A stretch of DNA of 64,000 nt. Source: Planctomycetota bacterium. GTDB lineage: Bacteria > Planctomycetota > Brocadiia > SM23-32. Positions within the stretch are counted from its first letter, which is position 1. Each line of letters opens with the position of its first letter. This document shows positions 28,862 through 37,501 of the stretch, in pieces. Under the pieces are notes generated by a model. The model was not told the origin of the DNA. It ran no database searches and saw nothing but the letters and a program-made list of their open reading frames with translations. Where the stretch lies: assembly GCA_021161675.1 (NCBI GenBank), contig JAGHAF010000096.1, positions 6,201 through 70,200 of the forward strand, read 5' to 3'. Both the position numbers and the translations under genes were made by a program.

Positions 28862-30211
28862 CTACTTTTCTTTTTCCAGTTTTTTCTTCTGCCGCCGCAG
28901 TTCCACCTTGCCCTGTTTGATCAACTGCACGATGCGGCGGCGCGCCGGGCAGACGTAAGCGCAGCAGCCGCATTCCTTGCACTCCAGGATATCCAACCGG
29001 CGGGCGGCCTCCCAATCGCCGGCTTCGCAGGTGATGCTCAGCTCAGCCGGCAGAAGCCCCAGCGGACATGCCTCCACGCAGCGCCCGCACCGGATGCAAG
29101 CCCGGGGCAAAGGCGCCTCCACGTCCCGGCGAACGATAATGGCATTGTTGCCTTTCACGAGTGGCAAGTCCACCGTCCCCTGCGCAATGCCCATCATCGG
29201 GCCGCCGAGGATGACCTGGTTCGCCCCGGGACGCACGCCCTGTCGCTCCAGAAGGTCTGCGACGTTCGTGCCGATCAACTCGATGAAGTTGCCTGCGTTC
29301 TCGATGCCGTCGCCCGTTATGGTCACGGCCCTCTCGATCAGCGGGCGGCGCAGGCGGATGGCGTCCCGGATCGCCAGCGTGGTGGCCACGTTATGCACGA
29401 GGCATGCAACGTCGGCGGGCAGTCCGCCTCCGCTGGGCACCTCTCGGCCGGTGATGGCGGTGATAAGCTGCTGTTCGGCGCCCTGCGGATAGCGAACGCT
29501 CAGCGGCGCCACGCGGATGTTCGGCTCGCCGCGCAGCGCCTGCTCAAAGGCTTCGATCGCGTCCGGCTTGTTGCGTTCGATGGCGACCCAGCCGGTCTCG
29601 CAGTCCACCACGCGCATTATGAGCTTGAGGCCGTCAATGATCTGATCGGTGCGCTCCAGCATCAGGCGGTGGTCCACGGTGACGTAGGGCTCGCACTCGG
29701 CGCCGTTGATAATAACGTCGCTGATTGGGCTGCCGGCCGGAGGGCTGAGCTTGACGTGGCTGGGGAAGGTGGCCCCGCCCAGCCCGACGACGCCGCACTC
29801 ATGGACCAGCGAGCGCATCTGGGCTGCGTCCATGGATTCGACTCGCTGCGGTTGATTCAGCCCCTCGGCCCAGGCGCCCTCGCCGTCGCTCTCGATGATG
29901 ACGGCCTCCACGAGAGCGCCGGTGACGCTGAAGATACGGGGTTCGACGGCCTTGACCACGCCGCTGAAGGGCGCGTGGACGTTGGCGCTTATGAAGCCCC
30001 GGGCCTCTCCCACGAGCTGGCCCTTCTTCACCTTGTCACCGCGCTGTACCACCGGCGTGGCCGACGCGCCGATGTGCTGCGCCATAAGGACGGCCACCTG
30101 TGCGGGCGGCGCCATGCGCGCCAGGGGCTTGCCGCTGGTGCGGGCCTTGAAATCGTCCTTTGGATGGACGCCGCCTCGGGGGAATCTTTTCGTGTCTGTC
30201 TGCGGAGTCAT
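28862..30211 (-). CDS. rnfC: Rnf electron transport complex subunit C (NADH-binding, 2x[4Fe-4S])
   Basis: GGATFPSHVKL NADH-binding motif, two CxxCxxCxxxCP ferredoxin motifs (CIRCGRCVEACP, CKECGCCAYVCP), and RnfC N-domain. Confidence 0.85.
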   Translation of the reverse strand: MTPQTDTKRFPRGGVHPKDDFKARTSGKPLARMAPPAQVAVLMAQHIGASATPVVQRGDKVKKGQLVGEARGFISANVHAPFSGVVKAVEPRIFSVTGALVEAVIIESDGEGAWAEGLNQPQRVESMDAAQMRSLVHECGVVGLGGATFPSHVKLSPPAGSPISDVIINGAECEPYVTVDHRLMLERTDQIIDGLKLIMRVVDCETGWVAIERNKPDAIEAFEQALRGEPNIRVAPLSVRYPQGAEQQLITAITGREVPSGGGLPADVACLVHNVATTLAIRDAIRLRRPLIERAVTITGDGIENAGNFIELIGTNVADLLERQGVRPGANQVILGGPMMGIAQGTVDLPLVKGNNAIIVRRDVEAPLPRACIRCGRCVEACPLGLLPAELSITCEAGDWEAARRLDILECKECGCCAYVCPARRRIVQLIKQGKVELRRQKKKLEKEK

Positions 30212-31404
30212 TTATCCTCTCTCTTGCTTCTCAGCGCGCGTCCGATCTGCCGGACGGCCTGGCGGAGGCGCTGCTCGTTCTCCACGAGGGCCATGCGCAC
30301 GAAGCGGTCGCCCCCCTCGCCGAAGGCGGCGCCGGGCGCGACCGCCACCCCGGCTTCCTCCAGCAGCATGAAGGCGAAATCCACCGATCCCATCTCCAGG
30401 AAAGGCTCCGGCAGCGGCGCCCAGACGAACATGGCGCCTTTCGGTTTTTCGACCGGCCAGCCGATGCGCCCTAGCCCTTCGCACAGCACGTCGCGGCGCG
30501 ACTCGTAAACGGCGGCCTGCCGGTGGGCATCGTCCATGCAGTCCCGCAGGGCAATGATACTGGCAATCTGGATCGGCATAAAGAGCCCGTAGTCGTAGTA
30601 GCCCTTTATCCGCGCCAGGCCGGAGACCACCTCCTCGTTCCCAACGCAGAAGCCGATCCGCCAGCCGGCCATGTTGAAGCTCTTGGACATGGAGGTGAAC
30701 TCCACCCCCACTTCCTTCGCCCCCTCGGCCTGGAGGAAGCTGGGCGCCCGGTAGCCGTCGTAGGTGATCTGGCAGTAGGCGAAGTCATGGACGATGGGAA
30801 TCTGCCGCTCCCGGGCGAACTGGACCGCCCGCTCGTAGAACTCCGGCTCGACCGTCAGCGTGGTCGGGTTATGGGGGTAGTTCAGGAGAGCGAACTTCGG
30901 TTTCTTCTCCATCCCGGCCACCATTTCATCCATGCGGTCGAACAGCTCCGGCCGGTTCGACAGGGGCAGTGTAACGGCCTGCCCGCCCGCCAGGGCTATG
31001 CTGTGCAGGTGCGGCGGGAAGGCCGGCGTGGGCACGATAGCCGTCTGGCCCGGCTCCACCATGACCAGGGACAGGTGCGAGAGGCCCTCTTTGCTCCCGA
31101 TGGTGCAGACGACTTCCCGCTCCGGGTCAATCCGGACGCCGTACTGGCGATCGTACCAGCGGGCGACCTCCCGCTTCAGGCTGATCAGGCCGTCGGCGCT
31201 TACGCTGTAGCCGTGGGTGCGGGGGTCCTCGACTTTCTCGATCAGTTTGTCAATGATACGCCGGGGCGTCGGATCGTTCGGATTGCCCATGCCAAGGTCA
31301 ATAATATCTTCCCCGGCGCGGCGCCGCGAGAGCTTGGCCGCGTTCAGCCGGCCAAAGACATACTCCGGCAGCTCTCCCATCCGAGCGGCAAATCTGATCC
31401 TCAT
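30208..31404 (-). CDS. class I/II PLP-dependent aminotransferase (aspartate/alanine/LL-DAP-type)
   Basis: Pyridoxal-lysine motif SMSKSFNMAGWRIG. YPHNPTT. 398 aa. The stop overlaps the rnfC ATG (ATGA). Confidence 0.85.
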   Translation of the reverse strand: MRIRFAARMGELPEYVFGRLNAAKLSRRRAGEDIIDLGMGNPNDPTPRRIIDKLIEKVEDPRTHGYSVSADGLISLKREVARWYDRQYGVRIDPEREVVCTIGSKEGLSHLSLVMVEPGQTAIVPTPAFPPHLHSIALAGGQAVTLPLSNRPELFDRMDEMVAGMEKKPKFALLNYPHNPTTLTVEPEFYERAVQFARERQIPIVHDFAYCQITYDGYRAPSFLQAEGAKEVGVEFTSMSKSFNMAGWRIGFCVGNEEVVSGLARIKGYYDYGLFMPIQIASIIALRDCMDDAHRQAAVYESRRDVLCEGLGRIGWPVEKPKGAMFVWAPLPEPFLEMGSVDFAFMLLEEAGVAVAPGAAFGEGGDRFVRMALVENEQRLRQAVRQIGRALRSKREDK

Positions 31405-31415
31405 CCTTCCCCCTG

Positions 31416-33146
31416 CTACAAATCCATTTCTATGTCGGCTTCGGCCCTGAGTTTGAGCAGCAGGGCCTGGATTCTCTGATTTGCCTTGCGCATGAGCAGC
31501 CGGCGCTTCAGCTCGTCGCGCACGGCCTCCAGGGGTGGAAGCTCCGTGGCAGAGGGGTGGCGCACCACCTGAAGTATGTGATACTTGTCTTTGAGCATAA
31601 ACACCGGGCTCAGCTCACCCGGTTGTAGGTCCTTTACGTAAGGGAAGTATGGATGCGACGGTGGAATTGTCACCAGCGATGAGCCTGGAATCCAGGCGCC
31701 CGGCGCCGCCGAGTTCACCTGGCGCACCAGGTCGAAGTCAGCGCCTTCCTTCAATCTCTGGTAGAGGCGTTTAGCCTCCGCGAGCGAGTCCGCCGTCATC
31801 TCCTTGGCCACCACGCGCTCGCCGAACTCCGCCCCGAGGGCGGCCCCCAGCTCCTCCTCTGGGACTTTGATCTCGCCGGCCACCATTTTCCGCGCCAGCA
31901 GCGCGGCCCGCACGTCCTGGCGGCACACGCTTTCATCCACAAGCATCTGCTTGTAGCGCTCGGTGGTAATGCCGTTGCCGGCGAGAGACTTCTCGAATTC
32001 CTCCGGCGTCATGCCGCGCCGGGCGGCCTGCGCCTCGATGAGCTGCTCGCCGATCCTGTCCAACCGCGCGTCCACCTCCTCCGCAGTTATGGTTACGGCG
32101 CGCCTGCGGGCTTCCTGGGAAATGAGGAGTTTTTCAATGTACACCCAGATCATGGACGCCCCGAACCGCTCGATCAGTGCGTCGGCCATATCGGAGACGA
32201 GCAGGGGTTCGCCGTTGACGTACGCGCCCGCCTCCTTTCCCAGCAAGCGCCGCGCCCCTGGATCGGAGGACAGGTTCATCACAATCACCGCGTTACTGTA
32301 CAGGTCCGCCAGCAGGTCGTAATGCTGCTCGTCGGCTTTCACGGCGAGCAGCTCCGCTCGCAGTTGATCCTTGATCTGCTCGAAGGGACGACCTGCTGCC
32401 GGGATGAACTCCAGGCGGCGCAGCAGGCTCCAGCCGTCGTCCAGCTTGCGCAGTTTTACCTCGTTCGGTTGCATGTTCGCCAGGGCCAGTCCCAGCTCTG
32501 AATCGGCGGGCACGGGTGGGATGCGGCCCTTATAGGGCGCGCTGCCCCGGTCGAGGCTGTAGCGCAGCACGGCCGTCGTCCACGAGTCCGGGTTCTCCTT
32601 GATCTGTTGGAGCAACTGCTCGGCGCGCTGCCGGCTTTCCACCACGACGTGAGCGGCGGAATAACGAGGGCCGCGTGTGCGGCGGAAGTACGCCGCCAGC
32701 GCATCCTCCCCCAGGTCCAAACGGGGCTGGAGAAGTTTTTCCGCCAGCGCTTTGAAACGGATTGAGGAGTCGGTGACGTTCGCCGCCAGCTTCTCTCGTA
32801 GGTCGTCCATCTTCCATCCGTACCCTTCGGCCATCTGCCGGAACTGCTCTTCACTGAGGCGGCTCTCCCGGTAGAGCTGGCGCATACCCAACTCGAGTTC
32901 CAGCCGTTTGCGTTCCTTTAGCTCCTTCTCGGTGACGGTGACGCCGCGGGCCTGCGCCTCCTGCTCGAGCAGGGCGCGATCAATCAGGCTCTCGGAGGCG
33001 GCCCTGCCCAGGGATTGCACCAGGGCGCTGCCGAATTCGTCGCGCTCGATCGGCTCGCCGTTGACGCGCGCCACTACCTGCGCCGACGCCCCGGCGCCGA
33101 GCGGCGCAACAAGCAGAAGGCATAAGGCGATCTTTTGGAATGTCAT
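31416..33146 (-). CDS. SurA/PpiD-like periplasmic chaperone with parvulin-type PPIase domain
   Basis: Signal peptide MTFQKIALCLLLVAPLGAGASAQ. Two SurA-N-like VNGEPI modules. A rotamase region AAHVVVES...LG and the C-terminal LKDKYHILQVV. Confidence 0.7.
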   Translation of the reverse strand: MTFQKIALCLLLVAPLGAGASAQVVARVNGEPIERDEFGSALVQSLGRAASESLIDRALLEQEAQARGVTVTEKELKERKRLELELGMRQLYRESRLSEEQFRQMAEGYGWKMDDLREKLAANVTDSSIRFKALAEKLLQPRLDLGEDALAAYFRRTRGPRYSAAHVVVESRQRAEQLLQQIKENPDSWTTAVLRYSLDRGSAPYKGRIPPVPADSELGLALANMQPNEVKLRKLDDGWSLLRRLEFIPAAGRPFEQIKDQLRAELLAVKADEQHYDLLADLYSNAVIVMNLSSDPGARRLLGKEAGAYVNGEPLLVSDMADALIERFGASMIWVYIEKLLISQEARRRAVTITAEEVDARLDRIGEQLIEAQAARRGMTPEEFEKSLAGNGITTERYKQMLVDESVCRQDVRAALLARKMVAGEIKVPEEELGAALGAEFGERVVAKEMTADSLAEAKRLYQRLKEGADFDLVRQVNSAAPGAWIPGSSLVTIPPSHPYFPYVKDLQPGELSPVFMLKDKYHILQVVRHPSATELPPLEAVRDELKRRLLMRKANQRIQALLLKLRAEADIEMDL

Positions 33147-33168
33147 CCGATTATCACCACGCGCAGTC

Positions 33169-33783
33169 CTAAACCATTCCCGTGAAGCCGAGGAAAGCCA
33201 TCGCCATCAGGCCCGTGCAGATAAGGGCGATCGGGACGCCCTGCAATGGCTCGGGCACGTCGGCGCGGGCCAGCCTCTCCCGGATTGCGCTCATCAGCAG
33301 CATGGCCATGGTGAAGCCCACTCCCGAGCAAACGCCCCACCACGAAGCCGCCACCAGCCCAGCGAGCAGGCTCAGGCTCTGCATCTGGGCCGAGGCGCCC
33401 GCGGTGTTCAGCAGGGCCACGCCCATCACGGCGCAGTTGGTGGTTATCAGGGGCAGGTAAATGCCCAGGGCATCGTAGAGTCTGGGCATCCTGGCCCGCA
33501 TGAACAGCTCCACCAATTGCACCAGCGCCGCGATCACCAGGATGAACATCGGCGTCTTCAGCGGCAAAACCAGGTCATAAGGCACAAGGAGTGTCCGATA
33601 CAGCAGGAACGTCGCGAAACTGGCCAGAAACATGACGAACGTGACGGCGGCGCCCATGCCCACGGCGCTCTTGATCTTCTGCGTCACCCCCATGAAGGGG
33701 CACAGCCCCAGGAACTTCGCCAGCACCACGTTGGATACGAAGATAGCGGCGAACGCTATGGTTAACAGTTGCGCTATGTCCAT
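33169..33783 (-). CDS. rnfA: Rnf electron transport complex subunit A
   Basis: 204-aa six-helix membrane protein strongly matching RnfA/NqrE (FLGLCPFMGV...GIYLPLITTNCAVMG). Confidence 0.85.
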   Translation of the reverse strand: MDIAQLLTIAFAAIFVSNVVLAKFLGLCPFMGVTQKIKSAVGMGAAVTFVMFLASFATFLLYRTLLVPYDLVLPLKTPMFILVIAALVQLVELFMRARMPRLYDALGIYLPLITTNCAVMGVALLNTAGASAQMQSLSLLAGLVAASWWGVCSGVGFTMAMLLMSAIRERLARADVPEPLQGVPIALICTGLMAMAFLGFTGMV

Positions 33784-33794
33784 TACCGCCTCGC

Positions 33795-34415
33795 CTAGGT
33801 GGTTAATTTCCTACGCAGCCACTTGAACAACCCCATCAGCAGCCCGAGCACCAGGAATGCGCCCGGGGCCTGGACCAGTATCGCCGCTGGAACGTATCGG
33901 ACCGGCCAGGACGTCGGCGTCCAGGGATAGCCCCAAATCGTCCCGCTGCCAAGCACCTCCCGCACGGTCGCCAGCAAGCAAATCGCCAGCGCGAAGCCCA
34001 ACCCGGCGCCCAGCGCGTCGAGCAAGGACCTCACGATGCCGTTCTTGTAGGCAAAGGACTCGGCCCGGTAAAGTATGATGCAGTTCACCACAATCAGAGG
34101 TATGAATATGCCCAGGCTGGCGTTTATCTCCGGCGGAAGCTCGCCCTTGAAGATGATCTCCACCATGGTGACGAACGAACCGATGATCACGATGAAGCAG
34201 GGAATGCGCACTTGCGCCGGTATGAAGCGGCGCAGAACGGACACCAGGCAATTCGCGCAAGCCAGCACGGCGATCACGGCCATCCCCATGGCCACGGCGT
34301 TCTTCAGCGAGGCGCTGACCGCCAGCGTGGGGCACAGCCCGACGACCAGAACGAAAATGGCGTTCTGCGCGATCAGGCCCTTGCTGAACTCTTTACGAAG
34401 GGACGTTTCAGCCAT
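33795..34415 (-). CDS. rnfE: Rnf electron transport complex subunit E
   Basis: RnfE/NqrD signature LVVGLCPTLAVS...GIFIPLIVVNCIIL. The start is placed at MAETSLRKEF. Confidence 0.85.
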   Translation of the reverse strand: MAETSLRKEFSKGLIAQNAIFVLVVGLCPTLAVSASLKNAVAMGMAVIAVLACANCLVSVLRRFIPAQVRIPCFIVIIGSFVTMVEIIFKGELPPEINASLGIFIPLIVVNCIILYRAESFAYKNGIVRSLLDALGAGLGFALAICLLATVREVLGSGTIWGYPWTPTSWPVRYVPAAILVQAPGAFLVLGLLMGLFKWLRRKLTT

Positions 34416-34499
34416 CGCGGACTCCGGGCGTTCAACCCCTTGCAAAAAGAAACGTATACTATAGCGAATCCCCGCCCCCCTCTCAAGGCAGGTTGCCCG

Positions 34500-34817
34500 T
34501 TACCTGAGCGCCAGTCCGGCGAAGTTCACCGCCACCAGCAGCGGCCATAAAATCCAGCAGATAAGCGCCGGATACGTCATCTCCAGGCAGAACACCGCGA
34601 AGGCCCTGTCAATCACGTAGAGCAGCAGCGCCAGAAGCGGCAGCCCCAGGCCAAAAGCGAGCAGCGCCACCGCCAGAACGGGGCTCAGCGGCCAGTAAAC
34701 GACTAACGTCGCCGCGGCCGCGGCCGGCACGAACACCCCCCCGCAAACGAGCATGGAGAGCGTTCTGCGCCGGCCGAAAGCCACGGCGGCCGCTCCCAGA
34801 AACGCCAGTGAGAGCAC
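34500..34817 (-). CDS. small hydrophobic membrane protein (hypothetical)
   Basis: 105 aa with 3 predicted TM helices and no recognisable motif. Coding status uncertain in high-GC DNA. Confidence 0.3.
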   Translation of the reverse strand: MLSLAFLGAAAVAFGRRRTLSMLVCGGVFVPAAAAATLVVYWPLSPVLAVALLAFGLGLPLLALLLYVIDRAFAVFCLEMTYPALICWILWPLLVAVNFAGLALR

Positions 34818-34959
34818 GTTGAGGTGGAGACAGAAAATGCCCAGCCCTCCCGCAGCAGTAACACGTGACTTGCGCCGCTATTCTAACGCGTTACTTCGGG
34901 CTGAAGAAAGGAACCGGCATGGCCGGCCTCCTCGAACGGACGCCGGATTTCCCGCTCTT

Positions 34960-35274
34960 CTACTCGCCGTAGACCCGGATGGTCTTTGTGGAGTAGATTC
35001 CCAGGATATTCTGCTCCTCGGAATCCACGTGATGAATCCTGGTGATCCCGGCCTCTTCCATGGCCGCCTTGATGGAAGCGTCGCCTTTGGAAAGGAAGAG
35101 GATGCCCTCGCAGGTGGCCTCGCCGACCTTGCTCATCCCCACTGAAGTGTCACCTACCGCCACCGCGCTCTTCGTATTCATGATCGGCGCAATGACCGCG
35201 CCCGACGGATACGTGCATCCGGTGAGCACGACGCCGACCAACAGCAAGGCTCCAACCGCCAATTTACGCAACAT
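34960..35274 (-). CDS. small lipoprotein (TRL-like family candidate)
   Basis: Lipobox LTGC after a hydrophobic signal. Conserved-looking core IKAAMEEAGI...IHHVD...ILGIY...IRVYGE. Confidence 0.5.
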   Translation of the reverse strand: MLRKLAVGALLLVGVVLTGCTYPSGAVIAPIMNTKSAVAVGDTSVGMSKVGEATCEGILFLSKGDASIKAAMEEAGITRIHHVDSEEQNILGIYSTKTIRVYGE

Positions 35275-35431
35275 TTACGTCCCTCCCTCTTTGAACAAAG
35301 AAGAGCTTCTTGCACAGACAGCGAGAACGCTTCCCTCTTGCTTGCAATCTTAGGATTCCGGCGGCCGGAAAGCAAGTGTGAAAAATCTCCCATTCAGGGC
35401 CATGCCCGGGTCAGTCGTCGCACGCGACAGT

Positions 35432-35460
35432 TTGATTTGTCGTTGCGCCAGCCGTAATAT
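35432..35460 (+). promoter_or_regulatory. sigma70-like promoter candidate (TTGATT-N17-TAATAT) upstream of etfB
   Basis: Lies about 65 nt upstream of the etfB ATG. Confidence 0.35.
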
Positions 35461-35525
35461 GTCTCGCGCCACAGGGACGGTCATCGTGACAGAACCCCGG
35501 CCTTAACTGAAAATGCGGCTGAATC

Positions 35526-36311
35526 ATGCGTATCGTCGTTTGCATAAAACACGTGCCCGACACCGCCGAGGTGCGCATTGACCAGGAGCGCGGCACATTG
35601 ATCCGCGAGGGCGTGCCCGGCATTCTGAACCCCCTCGATGCGCACGCGGTGGAGGCGGCGGTGCGCCTGAAAGACGAACTCAGCGCCCGGACCACCGCAC
35701 TCACCATGGGCCCCCCCCAGGCCGAAGAGGCCCTCCGGGAAGCCCTGGCCCACGGCTGCGATGAGGGCGTCCTGCTGACTGATCCGGCCTTCGCCGGCGC
35801 CGACACGTTGTCCACCTCGTACACCCTCGCCTGCGCCATCCGTCAAATGGGGGATGTGGACCTCGTGCTCTGCGGCAAGCAGGCCATTGACGGGGACACC
35901 GCACAGGTCGGCCCGGGCATCGCCGCCCACCTCGGCTGGCCCCAGCTCACCTACGCCCGGCGCATCACCTCGCTCGGCGGCGGAACAATTGAGGTCGAGC
36001 GTATGACGGATTACGGCAACGAAACCATACGAGCGAAGCTGCCGGCTGTCGTAACCGCGCTGAAGGACCTGAACGTCCCCCGCCTGCCATCGCTGGTCAG
36101 TCGCATGTCCGCGCGACGCGCTGAGATACAGCGCCGGGGGGCCGGCGACGTGGAGGGTGAAAGGAGCATGTTCGGGCTGGACGGTTCGCCTACCCACGTG
36201 GTCCGCGTTTTCACGCCTCCCCCACGGGGGGAGTGCGCCATTTTCGACGGCGAGCCCGAACAGGCCGCCGCCGACCTGGTCCGCGCGCTGAAGGAGAGAA
36301 GGATTATCTGA
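35526..36311 (+). CDS. etfB: electron transfer flavoprotein beta subunit (LctB/EtfB-like)
   Basis: MRIVVCIKHVPDT...LNPLD is the typical EtfB N-terminus. 261 aa. Its stop overlaps the etfA start by 1 nt (TGATG). Confidence 0.85.
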   Translation: MRIVVCIKHVPDTAEVRIDQERGTLIREGVPGILNPLDAHAVEAAVRLKDELSARTTALTMGPPQAEEALREALAHGCDEGVLLTDPAFAGADTLSTSYTLACAIRQMGDVDLVLCGKQAIDGDTAQVGPGIAAHLGWPQLTYARRITSLGGGTIEVERMTDYGNETIRAKLPAVVTALKDLNVPRLPSLVSRMSARRAEIQRRGAGDVEGERSMFGLDGSPTHVVRVFTPPPRGECAIFDGEPEQAAADLVRALKERRII

Positions 36312-37501
36312 TGGGCCTCCTGATAGAGCACGAGACATGCACCCTCTGCGGGCTGTGCGTGGAGAAGTGCCCGTACGGCGCGCTTCAACAGGTCGGCGGA
36401 CGCATCCGCGTAACCGAGCAGTGCACCCTCTGCGGCGCTTGCGTGGAAGCATGTCCCGCCGCCGCCCTGTCCATCGAAGAGGGGGCCGCCGCAGCGCCCG
36501 AGAGCGGCGCATGGCGGGGCGTCTGGGTCTACGGGGAACATGACGACGGGCGCTTCCACCCCGTCGTATTCGAATTGATTGGAAAAGGAGCGCAGCTTGC
36601 CCGCGCGCTCAACTGCCCCCTGTCCGTTGCCACGGCCGGCGTGGCGTCCGGCCAGATGGTCTCTGAACTGACAGGGCTGCCCGTGCAGAGCCTCTACGTT
36701 GCCGAAAACAAGGCGCTCGGCCCTTACCGCGACGCTCCTCACGCGCGCGCCCTGGCGACGCTTGTGCAGCGGCATCGCCCCGAGGCGCTGCTCGCCGGCG
36801 CCACCGCGCGCGGCCGCTCCCTTATGCCGCGCGTTGCGGTGCTGTGCCGCACCGGGCTGACCGCCGACTGCACCGGGCTCGATATAGACGCCCAGACGGG
36901 CAACCTGCTGCAAACCCGGCCTGCCTTCGGCGGTAATATCATGGCCACCATCGAGACGCGGCGCCACCGCCCCCAGATGGCCACCGTGCGCCCCAGGGTC
37001 ATGACGCCCCCCTCCAGGCGGGGGACGGCTGTCCCGGCCTTGCGGCGCGTGCCCGTGCCCGAACCGACGAGCGATCATCTGGTCCAGGTAATCTCCCGCG
37101 CAGTCCGGGAGGAAGAGCGCGTCCACCTGACGGAGGCGGACGTGCTGATTGCCGGCGGGCGTGGTCTGGGCGGGGCGGCTGGCTTCGAGCTGCTTCGGGA
37201 GCTGGCGGAGACCCTCGGCGGAGAGATCGGCGCGAGCCGCGCCGCCGTAGACGCCGGCTGGATCCCCTACGCCCACCAGGTGGGCCAGACGGGCAAGACC
37301 GTCCAGCCTGACCTCTACGTGGCCGTCGGCATCTCAGGGGCCCTGCAGCACCGAGCCGGCATGCAGTCCTCGGGGACTATCGTAGCCGTCAACACCGATC
37401 CCAACGCGCCCATCTTCCAGGTTGCCGACTACGGCGTGGTCGGCGACTACCGGGCCGTGCTGCCACAACTCATTCGGCGACTCCGTCAGGAGGAAAGGTG
37501 A
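36311..37501 (+). CDS. etfA: electron transfer flavoprotein alpha subunit with N-terminal 2x[4Fe-4S] ferredoxin domain (LctC/CarE-like)
   Basis: N-terminus [12 protein letters not shown] + [12 protein letters not shown]. EtfA FAD domain [15 protein letters not shown]. This architecture matches bifurcating EtfA subunits such as LctC of Acetobacterium. Confidence 0.85.
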   Translation: MGLLIEHETCTLCGLCVEKCPYGALQQVGGRIRVTEQCTLCGACVEACPAAALSIEEGAAAAPESGAWRGVWVYGEHDDGRFHPVVFELIGKGAQLARALNCPLSVATAGVASGQMVSELTGLPVQSLYVAENKALGPYRDAPHARALATLVQRHRPEALLAGATARGRSLMPRVAVLCRTGLTADCTGLDIDAQTGNLLQTRPAFGGNIMATIETRRHRPQMATVRPRVMTPPSRRGTAVPALRRVPVPEPTSDHLVQVISRAVREEERVHLTEADVLIAGGRGLGGAAGFELLRELAETLGGEIGASRAAVDAGWIPYAHQVGQTGKTVQPDLYVAVGISGALQHRAGMQSSGTIVAVNTDPNAPIFQVADYGVVGDYRAVLPQLIRRLRQEER

